Source: Azolla caroliniana (lineage: Eukaryota; Plantae; Polypodiophyta). From it: DNA of 64,000 nucleotides. Below the pieces are notes generated by a model. That model saw only the letters and a program-made list of their open reading frames with translations, ran no database searches and had not been told where the DNA came from. Each line of letters begins with the position of its first letter. Within the stretch, counting starts at the first letter, position 1. The translations under genes and the position numbers were made by a program. The DNA lies in assembly GCA_043228905.1 (NCBI GenBank), contig JBHGNT010000009.1:2108001-2172000 (forward strand). The letters run 5' to 3'. This document shows, in pieces, positions 53,601 through 64,000 of the stretch.

Positions 53601-56600
53601 TATGCAAATGAAGTGGAGGACCATTTGTTAAATTTTTCTCTAATCAATGATGTTAAAGAAAATTGACAACATTTGAAGGATATCATACTCAAGGTTGGAT
53701 ATCAATACTTTAAGAGGCAGATGGGTGGGCATAAGATGTGTAGTTTTCCATGTAATTCCTGGTTCGACGATGAATCTAAGATGTATCTCAAATGGTTTAA
53801 GTCCATAGAAGGGGAAAATGAAAAGATTGTTGCATGACACCTATATAAGAAAGTAGTGAGGAGAAAGAAAAGAAGATATTTCCAATCCAAGAGATGAAAA
53901 AGAAAAACTTGTTTAAGCTCAAACCAAAATTAGCATGGGGACAACTCAAGGGTAAGAAAGAAGATGTGAAAGGTCACTTTACAAATGAAGAGATGTTAGA
54001 CTATGTACAAAGGCTATATATGCATGAAGGTGTGGCTCCTATGGTTGAGAAAATTGAAACACCATGCACTACATGTATCGATATTGATGATGTCAATAAG
54101 GGAATAAAGAAGATGGCGAGTGGGAAAGCAACAGATGCAACCTACGTCTCAAGTGAACTTTTAAAATGGACAATGCCACATACTCGTCATTGGATAATGA
54201 CAATTATAGAGCAAGGTATAAAACAAGGATTTCCAAATGATAGGCTTATGAATTGGATTAAATCAATATTTAAAGCCGGAGATAAGAATCAAGTATCAAA
54301 TTATCGTACAATAATGGTGAACTCAACTATTGCTAAATTATATAGCACTATTATGGAGCAAAAGATAAGCACATGGGCTGAAAGTACAAGCAAAAGAGCA
54401 TTTGGACAAGCAGGATTTAGACCAAAACACTCCACTGTGGATCATTTGGTCACATTGAGAGTAATCATGGAAGAGAGTCAACTACAAGGAAAAACACTTT
54501 ATTGTTGTTTTGTTGATTTCAATCCACTTCATTCAATGCGAAGGAATCTCCCATTCATTATGTCAATGTTGAACTTTAACACACACGTCCCCCAAGGAGG
54601 GCACATTCACCTACATGGTGCACAAGCTTGTTATCTTAGCGGCCTTTCAACCTTGACTATGCTGTACCGTCAAACAGAAGCCAAGCTTAGTTTTCCTTCA
54701 TTCCTCCGCAGCAGATTGAAGGGATGTAGGTCAAGTGCCATTGAAAATTGTTCAAAAAACTTGTCTGCTCTAAGCCCTCTGGTGAAGATATTCATCGTCC
54801 GATTAACATCTCCCGGGACAATCTGCTTTTGGATCCAGTGATAAACTTTAGGATGTTTATTTCTCTCTCTTAAAATGAGGGTGGGATATATCAATAGAAT
54901 TTTATTTCTCTATTTATTCCTATCTGCAACTGCATCTTAAGAACACAATCTTTGTATATTGTTTTTGCGTTTATGTAGAAAAAGAGAAGGCATGTGTATT
55001 GCAGACCTTTTGACTAACCTTTCTTATGATTTTCAGGCTTCTCCTCCCCAGAGCAGTTCTTTGTCATCCTCAATCACTACCACAAGTAATATTATGGAGC
55101 TACCACAGAATGAAGAACTTAGCTCCCAAGTTTCATGGCAAGGGATTGGTGAAGTTTTTAAGAAACTTGACAGTCTAGAAAGGTGGATGGAGAGAGAGCT
55201 TCCTGGTGATACAAATAGTCCTGTGATGGACTCTAACTCTTGCTCTGATATGGATTCTCCAATGCAGGATGAGATTCAAAACAGGGTCAAAGAAAGTGTA
55301 TCATTGCAGTCACTGGAAAGGCAGACCATGCCTGCTCACTCACAGATTTATTTTGAGATAAAAGACTTTTCTCCAACATGGACCTTTACATCTGAGGAAA
55401 CAAAGGTATTAACTGGCTCATTTCATGGTTAACATTAGTTAATGCAATGCTATTGTTTTCAACTCTTGTGTTGTGAAACTTGATTCATAAAACCACATTT
55501 TAGAGCACAATTTTTAGTGTGCATAATCTCAACCTAAATTATGAAGAAGTTTTGTAATGAACCTAAGATGAAATCCATTACTCAAGGCTTAATGCATAAC
55601 CTGAAGGCTACAAAGTGAAAGCTTACCACTACATATTTACATGTTATATGATGTATAAAGGCAATTCTTTCACATTGTACTTTAACAGGTAATGTATTTT
55701 TTATTGATTGTGGTTATTGATCAAGCATTGAGAATATGAACTTTCTCAGGTCATAATTATAGGAAAATTATGCGGGGATATATGTGAAATCAGCAAGATG
55801 CAATGGTATTGTATGTTTGACGATGTTGAGGTTCCAGCAGAAATAGTCCAACCTGGTGTATTCAGATGTATTTCTCCAGAGATATCTAATCCAGGCACAG
55901 TTTCTTTCTGTATAATCAATGGGAGTAGACAGGTCTTCAGTGATTCAAAGCATTTTGAGGTTAAAAGTAGACCAGAAAATCAGAAGAAAACACTGAATTT
56001 GGAGAGTGACCAAGTCTACACGGATTTAAATCTTCAGTGCAGATTGACACAATTGCTGCTGCAAAACAATGTGCGCACTTGTGAATCCACAGCTCAGAGG
56101 TCACACCTTGGTGCTGCATCTAATCCGTCCAGATTATTACAACTCATGGGGTTTCTAAATCAAGAGTGGGTGACCATGGGAAACTTATCGTCTGGGCGTG
56201 CTAGAACCATTTCTGAAATTAAGGAGCAGCTTTTGCAAATGTTTTTTGAATGTAAATTGATGGATAATATATGCAATACACCTATGCTTAATGGGAAAAA
56301 GTGGTTAGCTTTTGACAAGGAAGGACAGACTGCATTTCACCTAGCAGCAGCACTTGGCTATGAATGGGTCATAGATATTATAGTTGATTCTGAAATAAGT
56401 CTTGACTTCAGAGATAAAACAGGATGGACATCTTTACACTGGGCTGCATTCTATGGCAGGTAAATTTATGAACTTTTCCGTTTTATCATAGCAAGGTTTT
56501 ATATTTCTTCACATCTAATTATTGCACATCTAAAATAATTGTAAGGTTCCCAAATTGGTAAGCAAGTGCTTATTTCATTTGCATTGTATTCAGTTTTATG

Positions 56601-59600
56601 ATCGCTATTGACCATTTGTGGCCCATGTACCTATGCATATTTCTTATAGTAATCCATATATTGCCAACAAAACAAAAAGTTGGTGTCTGACCTTTTACCA
56701 TAGAGCTGCTTCTTACCGTTTTTAGGTATTACCACAATTATGCATTTCATGTACTGGTGATATATGTCTACTTTATTTGTCCAAATAGGGCTACTACAAG
56801 ATATTTCACTTTCATAAATTAACAAAATTCAAACTGACACATGAATGAAAATTCAAATTATTTTATCATTGCTAACTAAATTGGGGGAACTTGAGGAAAT
56901 TCATCATATCGATGAAGTTGAATTAAATTTATCAGAGGCCTTGCCAGCTGCTACATGAAACGTTTCAGGCTTCGGAAACCATGTTGTATGTTGACCATGA
57001 AGTAGAGGGAAGCTTTTTGGTTAAACAAGTATTATGACCATTTCAGAACCAGAATATTCAATACTGAAATTGATCCCATTTTTTAGGTCCAGAATGATAA
57101 TCCTCTACAATTAATAACATCGTGTTTTCGTAAGTCCTTAATTTGTATGTAAATAAAAGAAGGCGTTCTTTATAAGGGTAATGCAATTTGATGATTATGA
57201 AATGCTCTAGACGAGTTACACTATCTTCTTATTATCTTACTTTTAATGATATTTTTATTATTTTTAGTCATAATTAAAAAAAAGAGAGGAGTCAGGCCAG
57301 CTTCTTATCTTACTCTTTTTTTAGTTTATAGAAAGGAAAGTTTTTTTTTTTGTTAATATAGAGAGCAGATGGTAGCATCATTATTAGCAGCTGGAGCAAA
57401 ACCAGGAACTGTTTCAGATCCGACGCCAGAAAATCCATCAGGATGCACTCCGGCAGATATAGCTGCTTTGAGAGGTTATGATGGTTTAGCAGGTTACCTT
57501 TCAGAGAAAGCTTTACTATGTCACCTCAATACATTGACTCTTGAAGAAAATAATAGTGACAAAAGGTCTGCGGAAGATGAAGGCCAAAGAGTTGTAGAGT
57601 ATTTGAGAAGGAGTCAAAGCTTAAGAAGAAGCATAAAAACAAAAGAAGATGAGGTTATATTTGAGGAGACTTTATCTGCGGTAGGACAAGCAACCACAAC
57701 TTCAGCTCGAATTCAAGCCGCTTTCCGGATATATTTCCTTAAAGAGCGTCTTCATGCCATTGAAGAAGCTGATGAGTATGGCTTCTCATTAGCTGAACAG
57801 CTTGCAGTTCGGAAGCTGCAGAGAGCTTATCGGAGACACCGGGAACAAAAAAGGAAACAAGATGCAGTATTACAGATTCAGAATCGATTTCGTGGGTGGA
57901 AGATCAGGAAAGATTTTGTTAATCTTCGTAAAAATGTTGTCAAAATTCAGGTTTGTCCTTCTCCTGACTTTAATGGAAATGAATTGTGTGTAGTATTAGT
58001 GATGATTCATGTGTGTATGGCAATCATTTTCGACGCCCTAGATGAGACACCATTTGTCATTTCCAAACTCTTTTTAAGTCCTGTTGTCCATGTTTTGTCT
58101 CTTGTAAATGTTAATTCATTTTTCTTTCTTGATTTCTCTTTTTTCACAATAATGATTCATTTTGGAAAATGGACTATTATAGGGAAGGTTTCCATCTGTT
58201 GATTCTCCAAGAATATGACTTAGGTTTATGTTTGATTCAGTATATTGATATATATCTTTCATTATGCCTTGAACTTTGGTGTTTTCAAAACAGCACATTA
58301 TTTTTAAGGTTTCAGTGCTTTCCACTAAACTAGTTGTACCATGGAAGTGCATGTATATCTGAAACAGGTTCACATTCAGTAAAAAATTTAGATTGAGATT
58401 TTTCTTCTAATTATAGAAGAAAAATATATTCTCTTGTGTGAAAAGACAACAGTTGTCCAAGTAACATTTTAAAGTTCATAAACAAAGAAGCATAATATTT
58501 CATGACCATAAGCATATAAAAAAGTTTACAAATTTGGGAGTTGTCCTGAATCCCACCATTCAGCTTATGCCTAGAGACATTCAATATATTAAATATATAT
58601 GGGTGATGCAATCACTCCATTGAAGAAGAAGAGATTAGGAAAAAAAAATGGAAATCTTAGGAGAGATAAGTGATGCTTTTTGCATAACCATCAGCCAATG
58701 AAAGTTTGGGACATACTTCCTGCTAATATTGATTAGAAAAAATGCTTATGAAATTCTGGTATACACAGTCAATGATTAAATGCTATGCTTTCTGCTTCCT
58801 TGAAATTTTGTCTATGGAACATCAATAACAGGTCAATTGGTATCCTTAGAAGCCTCTTTGACACATCAGAAACACACTAGATTCCTATGCTGTCAACCTT
58901 TATTTAGGCTGATTTGTGCAAATAAGTATTGCAGATTGAAAAATCTCAACTAGAAGTACTAGTTTCTGTAGTACTTCTTGATTGGAAATATATATATATA
59001 TATGTAAATATCCCCAAGCAAGCCTATCAGATATTTCTAATAGCGTACATCACTAACTTCAGGTCATATTTCATTTCCAGGCATTTTTCCGTATGCATCA
59101 AGCTCGTAAACAATATCACCGCCTCATATGGTCGGTGGGTGTTCTTGAAAAAGCTGTTTTGCGATGGAGACAGCGGGGTAAAGGTCTTCGGGGATACCAG
59201 GTAGAAGCAAACCAGGTTCAAAGCAATGATGATTTTCTCATGATTGGTCGGAAGCAAGCTGAGGATTCAGTAGAGCGAGCTGCGGTTCTGGTACAATCAA
59301 TGGTGAAGTCAGGCAGTGCAAGAGAGCAGTATAAAAGGATGCAAGAGAATTTCAAGCAGGCCCTGGTATCTCATGGATATACACACACATTCAAACATAC
59401 AAATGCATATACACATCTAAATATGCATACATTTATATTAGATATATACAATATATACAATAAACAACATACCCACACGTGTGCATACATATTCACTTCA
59501 TATATGTACTGTATACACAATACATATAGGTGTGTATTTAGTTTTACATTAATTTGCTTCTTATGTGTATATACAATTTGACCCCGTGATGGGTGATCTT

Positions 59601-59660
59601 TATTGTTCTTTTTGCTTTGTACAGCTTGCTTCTGATTCATCCTCCAAATCCTTGGAATGA
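47699..59660 (+). CDS. CAMTA: Calmodulin-binding transcription activator, CAMTA5/6-like (~918 aa, 11 exons)
   Basis: Exons 47699-47732, 48182-48307, 49101-49216, 49814-49905, 49990-50035, 50126-50479, 55037-55405, 55750-56459, 57362-57950, 59081-59365, 59625-59660 (GT-AG, 2757 nt, in frame). CG-1 domain (RWLRPIEI, FRRDGHPWRKKKD, EAHEHLKVG, IHVYYAHGE, HIVLVHY), TIG domain (FSPTW..CMFDDVEVPAE), ankyrin repeats (HLAAALGY, GWTSLHWAAFYGRE), IQ motifs and CaM-binding WSVGVLEKAVLRWR. First and last exons are less certain. Confidence 0.93.
51250..51430 (+). mobile_element. LTR end plus tRNA-iMet PBS relic in CAMTA intron 6
   Basis: ...AACA directly followed by TGGTATCAGAG at 51415-51425. Downstream sequence is degenerate and the left boundary is approximate. 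Confidence 0.4.
53084..54518. mobile_element. Truncated LINE with internal inversion in CAMTA intron 6
   Basis: Plus strand: endonuclease C-terminal motif SDHKP (~53486), then RT N-terminus (NYRTIMV, QAGFRPKHSTVDH, CCFVDF) ending at ~54520. Minus strand ~53090-53470: LINE-like C-terminus (GYSAIRSRYANIL) followed by an A-rich tail. TCAATC flanks both sides. Confidence 0.75.
54525..54894 (-). mobile_element. Copia 3' relic (RNase H end, PPT, start of LTR)
   Basis: Minus translation HPKVYHWIQKQI..NIFTRGLRADKFFEQF resembles the copia RNase H end (HYHF.RE..ADIFTK.L). It is followed by TTGGGGGA and then TGTTAAAG; the LTR appears to resume left of the LINE (~52900-53077, TATATAAA box). Confidence 0.5.
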
Positions 59661-60043
59661 ATAAATCTACATTTCTGGAGGAACGACCACATGTTTCGTT
59701 TGAGCCTTTTAAAATTCTAGTTTAAACTGGAGCCCTTGTTACGATGTTGTATAATTACTCTCCCTGTAAAATTGTCTTTGAAAACCTTCACACCTGGGAG
59801 TGGGAGGTTGAGGATTAGTGGTTGTGACCGCCATGGTCTATGCCACCATCCGACATTATTTATTTCGTTGATGGTTTATACTTATTTACATGTCATCTAT
59901 GAGTCTATTATATTTGCTATTATTGCTTTTGGCTTAGGTGAGGCATTGGTGCCAATTGCTGAAAACAATGGCTATTTGGGCTTGTACAAAAGCTTCATTC
60001 CCTATATTCGTTCTAAATGAACTTGCTTGTTAAAACCACCTCG

Positions 60044-60044
<1 letters not shown>

Positions 60045-60106
<62 letters not shown>
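60045..60106. repeat. (CT)n microsatellite
   Basis: About 30 CT units downstream of the CAMTA stop codon. Confidence 0.95.
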
Positions 60107-60107
<1 letters not shown>

Positions 60108-63100
60108 ACACATTGTGCCTCGTAATTTTAGTAAAACCATTATAACTGAAAATCATAAACTTGAGGTAAATGTTCTTATATTATTGGCACCTTTACCTTT
60201 GTCTAATTGTATATATTTAGATAAGAGAGACAATGGTGGAAGTTATTGACTCACGTTTGGATTTAAAGCAATATCACTTCCCCCTCCCAATGTTCTTCAT
60301 ATATGGCAATGCAACTAAGAGGTGGTGATATTGTTATTGTAGGGTATCTAGTTAACTTGGTAGCCAACAAATGGCCATGTATATATATCATAAGGTTTGC
60401 CAAATTAATAAGTACATGCACAATCATTATATGAAACATCAGTGGGATTTGAAGTGTATCCATAATATTCTAGGGAATATTAATTATGGAAGGAAGAGTA
60501 TTTCCGATATGTGTTTGAGTTGAGAAGGTGATAATGATACCATTCTACAGTAGGGATGCTTTGTTATCAAATTTAAGTATGGTGCAAGGAACAATCAACA
60601 TTGGGTACATTTGTGATGATAAATACATGGTTGTTTTCATAATTTTTAATAAATTTGGTAGTTATGTTATTATTGGTTGATACACTAGCATGTCTTCAGA
60701 TACCTAATATCATTTGCAAAGGCAAACAAAGTGCAATTATTAAGGACCCTTAAGATGATAGCTATAAATTTCTTATGTTGGTGAATCCTTCCAATTTATC
60801 AAGTTCTTCCAATTGTTGCATCCTCTAAAAAACTTTATCCTATATATTTCATCTTCAAAACTTGATATTGAATTATCTATGGGCAATATCATTAAATATT
60901 GTCACAAAAATGAGATTAGAATGACAACTTAAAGGGATGTGAAGGAGATATAATGGTGTCTATTTGATTTACCTTTTGATGGATGAAATTTAATTTTTAT
61001 TATGTACATTATTGTACACTCAAGAAAATGGAGTATTTTTAGTCTAATAATATTTTGTCTTAATAAAACAAAGACATTTTGAACGAGCTAATGTGATATA
61101 TTTTCAAGAGTTCCCATTTGTAAATTATCAACTTCCAAAATGTTGCTTGCAAAGCATTTATATTGTAACACGCATGCGCGCACACTCACATGGGTGAAAG
61201 CGTGTGAATGAAAACACTATTATAGCTAACATGTAGCAAAAATGACCACGGTTAAGTAGTTTTTTTTAAAGCTAATATTTAGTGAGAAAATCTTAAAGAT
61301 ACATATCATTTGTTATAAATTTATAGGGAAAGAAATATTACCATTTATGGTGCACATTTTAGTCGGTCTTTATTTGAGATCACATTATTATAATCCCTAA
61401 AATTGCCAAAATATGCAAATTAAATGTAGCTTTTTGCATAGCTAATTGGTTATGTCAAGGACACAGTTAATTGTTCCCATTCCCATGCTTTCACCGACAT
61501 GCACACTATACTATAGACATGTGTGTTGATGTATGATCACAATGTAGAAATACACATGTTCGATGAACAAAATAGAGATCCTTGATCCTTTAGGATTATG
61601 TCATTGATTGACATAAGAGCTAGAATGGATTAAAATGGATGCATGAATACGTGAGCAAAATTGGGGCACCATTTGAAAGGATTCAAGCCAAATCACATGC
61701 ACGATCACGAGGGTAATGCCCCATATGTGCAAATGGTTGGATTTTAAATCATAACATGTATGTGAACAATAAATCCCCAAGACAAACCTCCAACCCAGTT
61801 TGCCAAACTCACTAATCTTTGGTCATGTATGCTTCGCTCATTGTTTGGGGTAGTCCTTGTAAACTCAACCTAGAACCGCTTAAAAGATATGCATATAAAT
61901 GCAAGGACAACTCATGAAGGCCCTAAAATTGAAGTGATTGGCCATTTCTAGTTATGGAGGTAGGTTCTCCTCCATATTCCTCATTTGAGCAAATTCCATC
62001 ACCTTAGTATTAAGATATGTCATTGTCATTAAGGCACATGCACACCGGTATCTCAAGGACCTTGCCCTTTATTGAAACATCAAGCTCATACATAGATTGA
62101 GTGGCATGAATAAATAAGGATAAGAAAGAAGAATGTGGCATCATGTGTTTACAAAATAAGGAGAGTTCAAAGCTATGAGTAGTTAAAAGTCCATCATGAA
62201 AAAGGTTTAGTAGATGGGCACAAGATTTAGTACAGAAATGTGATATGTGATGATGATGGAGAGAGAAGAAGAATAAGAAGAAGGCCATTGTGGCCTACGT
62301 AACCAAAACAATATCCACCTTATAGCTTGTTTACATGTTTGAGAAACGAGATGTTTATAAGAAATGTGTAAGTGGTCCATTTAAATATTACTACTATGTC
62401 ATAATATGACAAAGACAAGTCAATACGAAAGGACCAATGGAATCCAAGAAAAAGGAGCATTGGCTTCACTATGGCAATATATTGGAAGTATTGTCAATTA
62501 TAATCATATTGTCATGACTCATGATTATACGGTATACCTATATCTATATAATATATAACATTTGTGGTCACACCAAAACAAAAAGTACTAGCCAACTTGT
62601 AATGCACTAATGGGCTATACTAAATGTGTGCATGTATGTTTACATATTTCTCCCAATCATCATGAAATAATCAGGTTAGTTTAGAGTATTGTCAATATAT
62701 AGCTCATCTCCTCTCATCCTCCATCATTCCACTCTATTAATGGTCCCTCGGGTCCATTGGTTGATTCTATATTTAAACACATGACTATTCTACAATTCCT
62801 CTTTGTCAAGGAGATTTATTTCTTGTCCTTGGCTAATTAAAATATGCTTCTCTTCCCTGTAAGTAAATAAAATGAATGAACATCTCATCTTTAAAGCCAT
62901 GTTATGCATCAAATATTGTACAAACATGTGTTTAATTGTAATTTTGGTGCATGGAATATCCAACGAGTTTTGTTGCTTTGTTTTTATTCTACCATTTACG
63001 ATTTTATAACATACATGTTAGAGGGAGAGATGGATACAATGAGATACACTTCGCTCAAAAACATACATATATACATAATAACCATAAGAAATATAGAAGA

Positions 63101-64000
63101 AAAGTAGATATAATCAAACCCCTTGTATATTATTTAGATTGAAACCCCTTATATATTATTTAGAGGTTTTAATAGGTATAACCATGTTGGGATGATTGAG
63201 CACATGGCATCACTAGGCAATGGGTCTTGGCCTAAGATTATGTTCAATGTGTATTTTTGCATGGACTTCTTTTATCTAGTTCTTATATTAAGTGTGAATA
63301 AACATTAGTACATATGTACAACACGTATTAATTCAATTGATGTCCATATATCCATGACCATAAACCACATTGTGTCCAGTATTGACGCACATAGTCAGTT
63401 GACGATGACGTGATACTGTCAAAACTCACTCACTAGCTCATTGTCGGTCATACATGTCGCCACTTTTCAAGTAAGGCTAATCATTGATTCCAACAATCAA
63501 AGTGTTAACAACATCTCTCACGTGTTTGAAATGTTTGGAAATGCCATAACCCTATTCAAGCTTACCTTGATAAAGACCATGTGATCATTGTAGGCATCGA
63601 ATCTTGATGATAAAAATGTCAAATGACTATAAATATGATACGAAAGCTCATGAAACCAACATTGGCTTCAAAATTATCCAACCATGATCATGTGCATAGT
63701 AAGGCTAGAATTATTGGTGATGCAGTGGTACCACACCCTAACATTGATAATCCAGAGCATAAGCTCGTTACAGCCAAGTTCGATCAAATCATCATATGAC
63801 AATTAGTAGCATGGTCATACCGTCATTCTTAGCTATTGAAATCGTATGCTATTGTTGATTTTACATATACATATGTGCACCAACAGGGTTTGTATATCGT
63901 AAGCGTAATACTTGTATGGTATACCAAATTTAAGACTCGGTGATCCTATGTTCAAGAAAGCAACAATTTTTAATGAGTAGATTCGATAGCACACCATAGA

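Noticed and set aside
53894-54841. 315-aa ORF as an intact intronic reverse-transcriptase gene
   Set aside because: RT similarity ends at FVDF (~54520) with no YADD motif; the rest is read-through into an antisense copia relic.
25978-59660. FAX, MNS5 and CAMTA as a functional gene cluster
   Set aside because: Unrelated housekeeping and regulatory genes; adjacency alone is no evidence of a shared pathway.
60110-64000. Short ORFs in the final 4 kb
   Set aside because: AT-rich, CpG-depleted sequence with no recognisable motifs or splice-consistent gene model.

Overview
AT-rich, intron-rich plant nuclear DNA (lineage not provable from the sequence alone) with one 100-N assembly gap at 4328-4427. 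Four host genes are visible: a class-A GATA transcription factor (minus strand, 5' end lost in the gap, apparent 1-nt frameshift), a 3-exon FAX5/6-like TMEM14 gene (minus), a 15-exon GH47 alpha-mannosidase MNS5-like gene (minus) and, divergent from it, an 11-exon CAMTA5/6-like gene (plus). The transposon landscape is layered. A young full-length Ty1/copia element (14527-20192, TSD ACTGA, four in-frame stops) sits inside the 5' LTR of an older, short, non-coding LTR element (14100-21742, TSD GCAAC). There are also hAT and Mutator MITEs with intact TSDs, a solo LTR, and LINE, copia and SINE-like relics. The most interesting observations are: a codon-conserved tandem duplicate of MNS5 exon 2 (candidate mutually exclusive exon); a copia pol with a ~180-aa C-terminal extension preceded by a duplicated PPT and containing an LTR-derived segment; and a LINE insertion with twin-priming-like 5' inversion architecture. 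All coordinates and alignments were read by eye.
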